DNA from: Octopus vulgaris
Lineage: Eukaryota
Reading direction: 5' to 3'
Assembly: GCA_951406725.2 (NCBI GenBank)
Contig: OX597823.1
Coordinates: 102,734,001-102,798,000, forward strand
Length of the DNA: 64,000 bases
Shown: in pieces, positions 22,703 through 35,656 of the stretch
How positions within the stretch are numbered: the first letter of the stretch is position 1
Layout of the letters: each line of letters starts with the position of its first letter
The notes under the pieces: generated by a model
Databases searched by the model: none
The model's input: the letters and a program-made list of their open reading frames with translations, nothing else
What the model was told of the DNA's origin: nothing
Made by a program: the position numbers and the translations under genes

Positions 22703-23617
22703 AGCGTAAGCTCGTGAGGAACGAAGCCAGTATGCTCCGATGGATGTGTAATGTCAGTGTACTTACTCGACAGAGCGTTAGTACCTTGAGAGAAATGTTG
22801 TACCTAAGAAGCATCAGTTGTGGTGTGCAAGAGAGACGATTGCGCTGGTATGGTCATGTGGTGAGAATGGATGAAGATAGGTGTGTGAGAAAGTGCCAAT
22901 CCCTAGCAGTTGAGGGAACCCGTGGAAGAGGTAGACCCAGGAAAACCTGGGACGAGGTGGTGAAGCACGACCTTCGGACGTTAGGTCTCACCATGGAAAT
23001 GACTAGAGACCGAGACCTATGGAAGTATGCTGTGCGTGAGAAGACCCGGCAAGACTAGTGAAGCCATAACCCGTGGCCCCTACCTGTGACGTAGTCAGTC
23101 CACCTGTGCATACCTTCCTTCTTGTGACACTTGTGAAGACCTGTTGAGGCAAGTGAGAATCGAATCAAATCAAATCAAATCGAACCAAATCAAAATAGAT
23201 GAACATCAATGGAATTTGTATCCTTGTGGTACCAGTGCCGGTGGCACATAAGAAAACCATCCGAACATGACCGTAGCCAGTACCGCAACGACTGGCCTCC
23301 GTGCTGAGGGCACGTAACAAACACCATCCGAGTGTGGCCGTCCGCCAGCCTCGTCTGGCACCTGTGTCGGTGGCACATAAAAAACACCATCCGAGCGTGG
23401 CCGTCTGCCAGCCTCGTCTGGCACCTGTGTCGGTGGCACATAAAATCACCCACTACACTCTCGGAGTGGTTGGCGTTAGGAAGGGCATCCAGCTGTAGAA
23501 ACACTGCCAGATCTGACTGGCCTGGTGCAGCCTTCGGGCTTGCCAGACCCCAGTTGAACCGTCCAACCCATGCTAGCATGGAAAGCGGACGTTAAACGAT
23601 GATGATGATGATGATGA
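22703..23617 (+). mobile_element. RTE-clade LINE 3' end (ORF2 C-terminus plus 3' UTR with internal ~60-bp repeats and (ATG)n tail)
   Basis: RNEASMLRWMCNV...ERRLRWYGHVVRM...GRGRPRKTWDEVV (22714-23058); ends GCATGGAAAGCGGACGTTAAAC(GAT)n. Confidence 0.85.
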
Positions 23618-24619
23618 TAGTCTAATATTATACTTCAGAATATAAAAATTCCTTTTTCAGATATTGATAGGAATTGATGGAGTCACTGTTGTAGTCGGTT
23701 TTCCAATGGTTGCTGAAATTTGTTGAAAGTGTTCCTGCAGTGGTCTCACAAATCTCCTTCTGGAATTCCTCACAAGAAGTGTGTGAGGGCAGCCATGTCT
23801 CAAGCTTGTGTGTGTTGCCATATCTGGAGTGCTGCTTCCAAGTTATGTATTATACATGCATTTTTTTTATGAGCATGTTACCATTGTGTGTGTAGGTTGT
23901 CAATGTTGTGACTGTTGATTTCCAACCTGTTGTTAATTTGGGACTTTTGTCTGTCTATGAGGATATGCTCCTTAATTCTTAAATTTCCTAAGTTTCTGTC
24001 GTTGGCCTCCATTGCGACTGTTATGTTTTTGTTGATGTTCCGGCATCTGTCTAGATGTTTTCTGAAGAAAGGGGTTCATATGTTTAGATGTTATTTGAAT
24101 GCAAATGTGTAATGGTCTTGTTGTGCTACCCACATAGAAATTGTTGCATTTGTTACATTGGATTTGATATACAACATTTATCCGTTGGCATAAATCTGTG
24201 TCACAGATGGAGCAGTTAGCTAGTGAGCATTGATTGCTGTCCCTTGCTCGTTTCTTTGCTAGGTGTCTTCACAGAGAGGAGCCAGAGGGGGCTAGTTGTA
24301 TGTCTAATCCTTCTCTTATGGCTCTTTGGATGACTATAGTTATCCTCCTGCATCAAAGAACATTTAAACATGTGAAACTCCTCCTTCAGAAAACATCTAG
24401 ACAGATGCTGGAACACCGACAAAAACATAAGTCACAATTGAGGCCCAATGACAGAAATTTAAGAATTAAGGAGCATATCCACATAGACAGGCTAAGGCCC
24501 CAAATTAACAGATTGGAAATTAACAATCACTATATTATTTAACAACATTGACACCCTGCACGCACAATGGTAAACATGGTCATATAAAAAAACATCATAT
24601 AAAAAAAAAATGCACATAT

Positions 24620-24842
24620 AATACTGACTGGCCCTGTGCTGACTGGCCCCGTGCCGGTGGTACATAAAAAGCACCCACTACACTCTCGGAGTGGTTGACG
24701 TTAGGAAGGGCATGCAGCTGTAGAAACTCTGCCAGATCAAGATTGAAGCCTGGTACAGCCTCCTGGCTTTCCAGACCCCAGTCGAACTGTCCAACCCATG
24801 CTAGCATGGAAAGCGGATGTTAAACAATGATGATGATGATGA
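24620..24842 (+). mobile_element. RTE-tail repeat family C, ending in (ATG)n
   Basis: Same tail as 23400-23617. Further copies lie at about 25500-25720, 30600-30825, 33100-33545, 36260-36503, 38970-39402 and 41862-42006 (+), and at 44880-45085, 49183-49410, 56833-57140, 57530-57720, 60885-61090 and 62716-63300 (-). Confidence 0.8.
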
Positions 24843-27800
24843 ATACATAACTCGGAAGCAGTGCTGTGGATATGCCAACGCACACAAGCTCGATACACAA
24901 CTGCCCTCACACACTTCTCACGAGGAATTCCAGAAGGAGCTTCGTGCGACCACTGCAGGAACATTTCAGTAACCATTGGAAAACCAACTATAACAGTGAC
25001 TCCATTAATTCCTATCAATATCTGAAAAAGGAATTTTTATATTCCAAACTATTATATTAGACTATGAATAATTAAATTATTTACAACGGTTATTATAGTC
25101 CACTTTGCATTGTTGTACCATTCCAGACACGTAATATTTCATAAATGTATATGATTAATAGGTTTTACTTTGCAACATGACGACACTTTGTGATTTTTTT
25201 TAACTGGAGACTTGATGAAATTTAGTAATCAGAAGTCTTTCATGCATTTGTGTGTTACCAGTATACAGTGGTGTTGAACTGAACCCCATTATGTAAAAGA
25301 ATAACTTAACCATTTCCCAAAATAAGTACCAGATTGAAAATTGTAGAGGGAGGTGGTTCCTTACTTGCTGCTCCATTGCTGATTCATTCTCACTTTTTTC
25401 CCTAAATGTGAGTAGCCAAATAGCTCCCTTGCAACAAGGTTCTGCTCTACTCCACCCCTTTCTCCCATCCATTATAAAGATGCACCTACACCCCCTCCTC
25501 AGATGCTGTAGACCTGTGGGCTGCATGACAACCTCACTTATGACCAGTGGTATGAAAAAGCCACCCACTACACACTGTAAAGTGGTTGGCATTAGGAAGG
25601 GCATCCAGCCATAGAAACCCTATCAAAACAGATAATTGAACTTGATACAGTTCTGGGACTCATTAGATGTCGTCCAATCCATGCCTACTTGAAACATGGG
25701 TGTTAAATGATGATAATGATTGATAAAATAATTTTTAAAAAACCTTCAATACAGAGCCCAAACATGACCACAGCCCAAGGACTGAAACCAGTTAAAGGAG
25801 AGTAAGACAATGAGCAAAGGTGAACTGCTAAATCTTCAACTGCTCAAATAAAGCTCATTCAAACAAACAAAAATATGGCTACTTGCTTATAAGCAAACTT
25901 TCCTTCAACTCAACCAGCATGGCCTACCACGAACTGCATCAGGGTCATGTAAAACTTATCCCATTTAAACACATTCAATACAAATTGCCTTTCTTCTTCA
26001 CTTCTCACCTTCCAGTTTACATTAGATAACATTTTTTTCCCTTGTTACTTATTTCAAGCCTTTCATAGTTCTTAATTTACCAATCAGCCATGTTTTTTTC
26101 TACCAGCCACCAAAATGCAACAGGTAAAACTGAAACATTAACTACCCTTATCCTAACCCTACCCAGCTATCTTCATGCTTTGATCCTTAACAACATACAT
26201 TAACTATGAATACTATCCCATCCACTAAAGATAATAAGCTCATTTACAATTACACTGAAGGCATTACTCTCTACTTTATCTCAAGTCACAACCTACATCT
26301 TTTGTGGTGAAAAGTTTTCTGCCAAATCACATGGTTTAAGGTTCAGTCCCACTGCATGGCACCTTAAGCAAATATTGTCTGCTGTAGCTCTAGGCAGACC
26401 AAAGACTTGTGAATGGATTTGGTAGATGGAAACTAAAAGAAGCCCATAGTGTGCATGTGCATGCATGTATGTGTGTATGTTACTGTCTCTCTGCTTTGAT
26501 GTTGTATGCAAGTGTCACTATTCTGCAAGAGGTGTCCTTCATTTCTAATCTCTTAAGACATGTCTGATCATGGGGAAATATTACCTTACTTGGAAACTGG
26601 TGAGGGTTGATGACAAGAAATACATCCAGCTGCAGAAAAATCCATTCTAGCAAATTGCATCTGACTCATGTGAGCATGGAAATGTGGGCTTTAAATGATG
26701 ATGACTTTTTTTTCATAAGAGGAAGGGCAACAGCCATGAGTCTCCAAGACTGGTGACAAGAAGTAAGAAAGTTATTTTCAGGTCAAACACCTGTTCCAAA
26801 TGCCTGCAACAGAAAGGGCCTGAAGATGGCAGTGTTAAAATTAAAAACAGATTAGAGTCTACTACTCAAGAAAAGAAGCAGTATTTTTGATGGATTTCCA
26901 CATAATTCCCATCTAACAAATTTCACTCGCAGATATAGTAGAGACAATTGCTTGAGGTGCCATACAGTAGGATTGTACCCAAAAACCATGTAATTCTGAA
27001 GCAAATTTCTTAACCACAAAGTCATGTTTGCACCTATAAATAGATTGAGAAAATTGAGAAAAAAAAAAAAAGTAAGTTTCTTTCAGCCTCACAAAGTTGA
27101 AATTACAATGAGAAAAATAGTTTCTTAGTTTTGTCTTGCTGCCTGATTACTGATATCTGGCTAACAATGTTTTTATTTATTTATTTATTATGTCCTAACA
27201 ATTATTCGAATCTTTCAGATTGGTCTGTTTGTCAATGTATAAAGAAATCTAGAAATACAGAAATATCCAATTATTATGCCAGGCTATTGAAAGAACTAGA
27301 CATATTTGGAGCCTATAGCAAGATTTCTTCTATAATATCTAATATTAGGCTAACAATATAGTTTGTGAATTACTGCCATTGAATCTAAGAGTGCTTTATC
27401 AATGACAAATTACTTATCCACCATGTAGATTTCAAGGAGTGAGCTGTCTATAGAATAGATATATAATTTGAACAATTGTTCACAGAGATTGTTTCTCCTC
27501 TGAACCATTAATAAATACAATGGTGAATACATACAGAATCTCAATTGGTGTTTCCACCTACAGAACTTGTTTAAGTAGAATGTTCCATTATTCTGTCCAG
27601 TAGGGACGGGGGCATTCTATATATAAAACAGGAAAGGAAATCTTGCTCAGTATGCTAATGAATATGTAAATATGTAATTATACATGGAGTTATTGCTGTA
27701 GGCATATTAACTCCTCTTCCTCCTCTTATCATTTAGCAAGTGATATATATCCCCCAATATTTCCTTGCTCAGAGTGGTTTTATCTTTAGTCTTCTATTAC

Positions 27801-28122
27801 AATTCCATTCACATCTTGGATGCTTTATAGGAATACAACCGTTGTCTTAGAGTTTTGATAACTACATGCTGGAAGGGTATAAAACATATTAATACCAAGA
27901 GTATTATCACTGACGTGACAAATCAATTATAACGAACAAATCTGGAGGCATAAAACGAGGGAGGGAGGTCATAACGGCAGTATGTATTGAGAAATATGTA
28001 AATGGATGTGATAGATTACTGGGTGATGTCTTAGGGGAATCCCATTATTGTTGGTGATACAGCATTCTATTGCAGCTATATGATGTATGTTCGCGATGAA
28101 GTGACGTGTGATGATGACTTAC

Positions 28123-28207
28123 TCCTGAACTGAAATAAACTCCCAGCCTCTGTATCATGAATGGTTATGTGGACCATCCTAACGAAAGCCAGAGCTTCCT
28201 TTGACCA
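28123..28207 (-). other. Candidate 85-nt exon of an unidentified minus-strand host gene
   Basis: Minus strand: pyrimidine-rich tract ...ttttatgtag|TGGTCAAAG...TTCAGGA|gtaagt. Frame 0 is open (WSKEALAFVRMVHITIHDTEAGSLFQFR) and the flanks are unique sequence. No homology recognised. Confidence 0.3.
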
Positions 28208-28350
28208 CTACATAAAAAGTATTAAGAAAAATTGTTATTTAGATATACTTTTATTTTAGTTGTTTACACTATTTTACTTATTTATACTCTTACACATTCA
28301 AAGTTCACAAATTCCCTTATTTAAATTATCATATTTCTTTCGATAATATC

Positions 28351-28820
28351 AATATGATACAGTTCTATATTTAAGAGATGAGGAATTATGTACATTATTT
28401 ACGATTGACGGATATTTGTCCTCATCTTGTTTGTTAACATAACGTTTCAGCTGACATACCCTCCAGCCTTCATCAGGTGGCTTCGGGAAATTTCGAACCT
28501 GGCTTCTCATTCCTAAGGTATTTTTCAATGTATTAAGGAAGGATAGGAGAATATTAGATTTATAAACCCTAAAATTCACTCCATAATTGCCCACAGGTAC
28601 ATGGCGTAGTGGTTAAGAGCACAGGCTACTAACCCCAAGATTTCGAGTTCAATTACAGGCAGTGACCTGAATAATAATGACAACATTGAAAAATACCTTA
28701 GGAATGAGAACCCAAGTTCAAAATTTCCTGAAGACACCTGATGAAGGCTGGAGGATATATCAGCTGAAACGTTGTGTTAACAACAAACAAGATGAGGACA
28801 TATCCGTCAATTGTAAATGT
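28351..28820 (+). mobile_element. tRNA-headed, hammerhead-bearing non-coding retroelement with an inverted partial copy
   Basis: A box TGGCGTAGTGG (28602-28612), degenerate B box GAGTTCAATTAC (28645-28656), and CAGGTAC/GTGACCTG acceptor-like ends. The body 28684-28811 is the inverse of 28404-28530. Confidence 0.65.
28733..28778 (+). ncRNA. Minimal type I hammerhead ribozyme motif
   Basis: GACAC-CUGAUGA-A-GGCUG(GAGGAUAUAU)CAGCU-GAAAC-GUU-GUGUU: canonical core, stem I GACAC/GUGUU, palindromic ACGU in place of stem III. A second copy with a stem I mismatch lies on the minus strand at 28436-28481. Confidence 0.7.
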
Positions 28821-29011
28821 ATATCAATATGATTACAAAACTTCTTTGTAGACAATATTTTCTGTTTGGTCGACGCTAATTTTCAAATTACTGGAGTCTG
28901 TTGCTCTTCTTATAGTGATGTATAATATTGGCTGTGTGTGAACATCGGAGTGAGTAAAAATACACCTACACGTTCTTTTTTTCCTAAACCAAAAAAGGGA
29001 TTTGCAGCATA

Positions 29012-29518
29012 TTAGAAGGCCAGGGTACTTGATTCCATGCAAAAAATCTGAGTTTTGTTTTTTTCTTAGTGAAAATCATGTGTGCGTTAATACAGAAAAT
29101 TACCCCCAAAATATCATAACCATTGGTCTGGCCATCTGGCCATGAAGAGGGAACAAGGAGATGGACAGACAGATGGACATAATGCCCATTATAGTAAGAT
29201 AGCAAGTCTGCCCATCTACAATGGGAAATAAAAGGATAATATCGCAAATCTAAACCCTCTGAATTCATGAACTATACGGGGGAGGGGGGTATCCAGAGTT
29301 AATCCTTGTTGCCGGAATTTTAACAAAAAAAAAAAAAATCAAAGGCGATTTAATACAAAACTCAATATCCACTAAATAATCATTCTTTTTCACAAATTTA
29401 TTCACTAAAACCTTTCCTGATTATCTCCTTCATAATACCAAAAAACCATCATCACCATTGGTGCAGCTGTTTGACTGTGAAGAGGGAACAGACAGGCATA
29501 ACGCCCATTATAGTAAGA
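29012..29518 (-). mobile_element. Probable non-autonomous Helitron with a duplicated 5' end
   Basis: Minus-strand A|TCTTACTATAATGGGC starts at 29518 and 29199, and a CTAA|T (CTRR) end at 29012. Confidence 0.45.
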
Positions 29519-31728
29519 TTAGTTAACTTTTGCTTAGACCCAGTTCATCCTTGATTGAGCAGACTTATGGTCAAAGGCACTCCAGATATAACCATCCTAA
29601 TACATCCCATACATTTGTCTATCTAGAACTGCACTGGATAATGCTTCCTGCATTTTTTGCAGTTTATTTTTAAGATGGGTGTTATTTAAGGGAGATTATA
29701 TTATTCCTGCAGGTCAAGCAATTGTATAAACTCTTTTGTTGTTTGGTGGGTGACTTCTATTCACCCCTATTCCAGTACATCTACAGAGTGCAGATCAGTG
29801 ATTTAAGAACATTCAGTCAATATTTCTAACCATAACCTTCCTCATACTTATACTAGATAGGTTGCTCTAAAATTTAAAACTTAAAGACATTGATCTCTGT
29901 CATAAAAACAATAAGACAGTTTTTTGAAAGGGACTTGATGAAGGTTAGAGGAAGGAACTGTACCCACGGCCTTCTCATAACCTCTGAGACTGACCGCTAC
30001 TTTATTGTTATACTAGTAGTTTAAATCTTACCATTACATTTAGCTACTGTGTGATGTCAGAGGATGTTGCCAATAATGAAGAGATTAAGTAGAAGAAACA
30101 CAAATGAGTTCAAAATTTGTCAAAAAGACAGATCTTTTTAAAAGCCTGGAGTACATGGAAAAATTTCTTTAAATAAAATAACCCTTGCCAGTAAAAAAAG
30201 TCAAGAATTACTGCTCAATACTGAGGTCATGAGTCCAGTCAAAGATTACACATTGCAAAGACATTACCCAGTTGTTTTAACTTTCAAGATCTACCAAATA
30301 GTTGGATTTTTTAAATCAAGCTGGAGCACTACCTTCAAAGGTAAGAATAGAAGCTTCTAGTTGACCAAATGACTGAGGAAGTATCTGTTACTGAGGAGAC
30401 AAAATTATGCCAAAACACTTACGTCTGACAGTCCATTGATGTCATTTGGAGCATGTTGTTCTTAACATACAGTCTCTAGAAAGTTGTCCTCTGAAACTAG
30501 ATCTCATAACAAGCATTGTTCCACATTTGTGTGTACACAATCGTATTATGATGTACACATTATTTTGATCACTTCTCTTTCAAGTGCATTTACTTATTCA
30601 AGTGCTGATGCCAACCCCCTCACCTCGACTGGCTCCTGTGCCACTGGCACATAAAAAGCACCCACTACACTCTCGAAGTGGTTGGTGTTAAGAAGAGCAT
30701 TCAGCTGTAGAAACATTGCCAGATCAGACTGGAGCCTGGTGCGGCACCTGGCTTGCCAGACCTCAGTCAAACTGTCCAACCCATGCCAGCATGGAAAACA
30801 GACGTTAAACGATGGCAAAGATGATGGAGCTAATTGTGTTTACTACTTTTATTACTAGTACATTTATTTATCCCAGAAGAAAAAAAGATTTCAAGCTCAA
30901 GTAAAATTTGAACTTGGAATAAGACACCTGACTAGTTTACATTTAAATTTGAAATTATCATCCTTAAAATATGGTAGAGTAGATTATGGCCGAAGGGTTT
31001 GATCTTCATTAGAACCCTAGTTTCGTAATATAAGCCTACAGCTAAAATTCACATGCAATAAGTATATCCTAATACTACAATGGCCAAATTATTTAGTGTT
31101 ATACCAAATTCATAGTAACTAATAAGAAGTTTACAAAGCTGTACTAGCACTGGTAACAATGCCTTTTGTTTGGTTTGGTTTATGATGAATCTATAATGAT
31201 GATGCTTTGTACACCTTTTGTAGACAGATAGACAACAGTAGACTCAATGAATTAGCTGTCAGCTTAGTTCTTCTGCTACTGTACTCCTCAATATGACATT
31301 ATATAGTATAACTAACGTCAGGTATATGCAGTAGATTACAAGTTCTTGAATATTCCAAGCAACATGGTTAACTGAGCATCTATGAGAAACAGAATGAGAT
31401 GATTGAGTGTGGCATGGCTGACTGGACCTTTGGCCTGTTTTGGTGATTATGTTTTAGCACAGGAGACATGCATGTGCGTACAGAAATATACAGATAGAGG
31501 AGAGAAAGAGAGAGAGAGAGATTATACATACATACAAACATAACTGGATGTTCACACACAATCAGAGAGAGTGAAAACATGTGATGTCGAATAAGTCTGA
31601 GTTGAATCAGTGATGTTATATAGGTGACACATAAACAGCTGTGCCAAAATATTTTCATACAGCAAAGGCACAGACCATCACCATGGCCACCACCACCACC
31701 AACTGAATGGAGAAAATAGGATACAGCA

Positions 31729-32180
31729 TTAATCCATTAGCATTTAAACTGGTCATATCCATCCCAAATATTCTATTTGTTTTATGGTGAAACCAGCCAG
31801 ATATGACCTATTTCTTTATTACCCACAAGGGGCCAAACAAGGACAGACAAACGGATTAAGTCAATTATATCGACCCCAGTGCGTAACTGGTACTTATTTA
31901 ATCAACCCTGAAAGGATGAAAGGCAAAGTCGACCTCAGCGGAATATGAACTCAGAATGTAACGGCAGTCGAAATACCGCTAAGCATTTCGCCCGGTGTGC
32001 TAACGTTTCTGCCAGCTCGCAGCCAGATATGACCTCTTACACCTATCCTACAATATCAGTCTAAAAATTAACAATCAAATCATTGAAATCTCAAAGCTAC
32101 AAGATAATGCATAATTAATTCAAAACAATGTGAATAAATAAGTATTAGATTTGACAGAGTAATTTGAATGCTAGGTATTA
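31729..32180. mobile_element. TTAA-flanked MITE interrupted by a family B SINE
   Basis: Homologous to the intact copy at 42855-43082 (TTAACCCTTCAGCATTTAAACCGGCC...CGGTTAA) and to a reverse copy split by an RTE LINE (46805-46930 plus 48070-48165). Confidence 0.6.
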
Positions 32181-32292
32181 AACAAAATGGAGTTTATTAT
32201 AAAGAAGCAAAATTCCCACAAACTGGAGGAAGCTACAAAATTATGGCCACATAATCATCTGGGATGATACAATCTTAGTAAAAATGACAACA

Positions 32293-32342
<50 letters not shown>

Positions 32343-32776
32343 GCAGGATAAGGAAATGTTCCAGCAGGATGAGTTCACTGAATCGCAGTCTTGGTACTGC
32401 TGATTCATGGAGAGGCATGACCTAAATCATTTAATTTGTTGAACAAGTGGGTGACTGCTGGGAACCTAATTACCACAACAGGATAACTGAAGTGACCTAC
32501 AAGTTGTACAGGTATGTCAGTATGAAATGTCATCAAAGGTAATTGTAAAAGTAGAAATAAAAGCCAAAGTACCTAAAATGGACTACTTTTTGAAGAGAAT
32601 TATGACCTAAAAATAGCTCACCAAAAGAAAATGAGCCTGTCTAAAGGAAGATATAGACATATAGATGAAGCAACACTGATCTCTGTAGTGTGTGGGGGGA
32701 GGGGGGCATACATAGATGTGGATTTGATAGATGAGAACTGAAAGAAGGTTGTTGTATATACAAACAAGTGCGTGTG

Positions 32777-32823
<47 letters not shown>

Positions 32824-35618
32824 ACTCTTTTGTCTAAACCAGATTTTCTATGGCTGGATGCCTTTCTTAATGCTAGCCCTCACCTATTTCCAAGCAAGGT
32901 AATATTTCTACATAACTGGATATGATCACACAGGATGCTGGAAATGTACTACACTTCGTGTAAGACAGTGCCAATCAGTTACAACTACCATACAAAAGCA
33001 AGACAAGGAGACACACAGACACACACACATTCCATGAACAACCTCAACTTTTTCTGTCCAAGGAATTTTTTAAACCCATTATTTACATACTATTATTTAT
33101 GATTTCAAATTTCACCATTCCAAAATGAGGGAGACTCAGGAAGACAAGGGAAAATGTACTGAAGGATGACCTCAGGACACTGAACCAAATTACAAAAGAC
33201 AGAGATATCAGGCACCTTGCTGTACTCAAGAAGACCCCGTACTCCACAGCAGAAGTGTTAATACCGCTCCCCTATGAAGAGGATTGGCCTACAAGAGTGT
33301 CCTGAGCCAGTGCCATGTAAAAAGCGCTTGTACTAGCACCAGAGAAAAGTGCTTGTGGCAGTGCCATGTTAAAAGCATCCATCACACACTGTAATGTGGT
33401 TGGCAATAGTAAGGGTGACCAGCCATAGAAACCAAAGACTGGAAGCTGATGTAGCCTCCCCTGCTTGCCTGCTCTGGTCAAACAATCCAACCCATGCCAG
33501 CATGGAAAACAGACATCAAAAGATGATGATATGATGATGATGATGACATAAATGTTTGTGTATAAAATGTACTATATTAACATTGATACTATTTTTCTTT
33601 CAAAAAAGCACACCATTAATCAATCAATTACAGTTGAGAGGGTAAAACTGACACCATGTTTGCAATCAGTGCCTGAAACTTCTAAAAACACCAAAATCTA
33701 AACTGCAAACGAGGGCTTCTAATTTCAACCACTGAATTATTATGCCATCCTTTAAACATCTATTTTTCCATGCTTGCATGGGTTGGATGGAGTTTATTGG
33801 GGCAGATTTTCAATGGCCAGATGCCCCTCCTGTTACCAAGCAAGGTAATATTTCTTAATAACCAAACATGGTTTCTGCAGAATATTTGGAATGAATGACA
33901 CTGTATGTATGACAATGATACTCATCTACAACTATCAAGCCAAGGAGACACAAACTTACAAACATTTACACACACACACATGCATACACATAAAGAACTC
34001 TGCTCTATCTGCAAAACAGGAACTAAAGCTGATGGTATTTTTGTAATCTGTACCCAAATATAACAGAACAAGTTTAATTCATGTTAGCCAGTATAATATA
34101 TTTGTATATTACCAAATATATATATTTGCAAAATATACTTTGCTAATCATGAGGGGAATGTAAATCTTATCCCTTGTTACTTCTTATGAGCAAAGAAATG
34201 TGATACTGTTCTTGAAAATATTAAAAGTAAAGATGGCTTTAATAGAGAAAACCTATAAATGTTCTTACAAAAAAAAAACTGTTTTTACCTTAAAGTATGT
34301 TAGCTTCAAGATATCTCCAGTTTTTTGCTTTTTGTTGCTGTTGTTTTTGGTTTTTTTTTTTTTTTTGAGTTTTTTTTTTGTGTGGTGGTGAAGGAAACCA
34401 GTAGAAGATATGGTGCAGCAGTGAATAGAAGTATGTCACATTGCCTGCTGTTAGACCTGTTGCCATGAACCAACTAACAATTCTATGGCAGAGAGCAACT
34501 GGTGCACTATTCACTGTATCTCTGCACTGTAAACTGTATCCTTCAAGTATGTCATTATATAATCATCTTTTATAGCACATTGTTACAACTGATGAATCAG
34601 CCAAAAGCCAAAACAACTTCCCTTTTAACAATTATCAGATCTAAATAGATGAATGGTCAAATTTGTATTCGTATTCTGTAAATTCTGGCCCATAAACCAT
34701 ACCCTGTTTTATATATATACATATATATATATTGGATGCTGTAACTTTTGTGTTTAAGAATAGCTATTAAGAATGCCAACTGTTGCCACTGACTCTTGTT
34801 TTTTTCTATTTGATGCTAAATAAAATGAGATATATTTGTTTTGGATTGTTATTCTTCAGATAAAATATTACCTAAGGAAATTTCTATTTTTACCAAGAAT
34901 AGAATAAACAGTTGTCAAGACTGTGAGGAGCATGTGAGAAGAAATATTTGTTAGACAATATTTATTAGGATAGTATAGAAGGAAGATGCTGTGTACTGTG
35001 AAAATGGAAAGTAAAAGACTTAAGGTACATTAAACAAATTGTCTGAGACCTACATATCAAGTGGGGAAAAAGCACAGCATCGTGATATTGTTGGCATATA
35101 ATCAGCTGAAAAATAATACCGTATATTTTGTAAAAGTATTAACTAGGAGGAGACATTCAAGATCAAGTAACGACTGAATGGATAGTTTTAATGGACCTTT
35201 ATGCAGCATATATCGTTTGTCTTTTATCTTTTTATTTGTTTCAATGAGTGGGTTTTAGTTTAATAAATTGTGCCCAGTACTCTTTTCTTTTTATTTTTTA
35301 AGCTTGACACTTATTTTATCAGGTTTTTTTCATCAAACTGCTAAGTTACAGCGATGTCAACAAACTAACACTGGTTGTCAAGTGGATGTGGTGAACAAAC
35401 ACAGATACAAGGACACACACACACACACACTTATACAAAAGGCATCTTTCAGTTTTCATTTACCAAATCCACTCGTAAGGCTTTGGTTGGCCAAAGCTAG
35501 AATAGAAGATCCTTGTCTAAAGTGCCAAACAAACTCCTTACCACACAGCCACACTTGTGCCTATATATATATATATATATATATACTTTATTTAAAGCAG
35601 CAGAAAGTTCAACAAAAT

Positions 35619-35656
35619 CTGTTACTCTGAGTTTCTCGTTGCCGTTCATCAGACAG
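35619..35656 (-). ncRNA. Type I hammerhead ribozyme motif in a short (TA)n-flanked element (about 35586-35739)
   Basis: Minus strand CUGU-CUGAUGA-ACG(GCAA)CGA-GAA-ACUC(A)GAGU-A-ACAG: GUA cleavage triplet, GNRA loop on stem II, first stem II pair mismatched. Confidence 0.6.

Larger units (their letters stand above)
22420..25145 (-). mobile_element. 5'-truncated Penelope-like element with GIY-YIG endonuclease and an inverted partial duplication
   Basis: The minus strand at about 24350-24100 encodes CSLANCSICDTDLCQRINVVYQIQCNKCNNFYVGSTTRPLH. Inverted arms are 23880-24100/24350-24575, 23618-23795/24900-25063 and 22640-22702/25078-25141. It is interrupted by RTE/SINE insertions and abuts (TA)n at 22378-22418. 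Confidence 0.75.

Noticed and set aside
30423-30490. Minus-strand AG...GTAAGT exon candidate
   Set aside because: All three frames contain stops; it could only be a UTR exon and cannot be supported from sequence alone.
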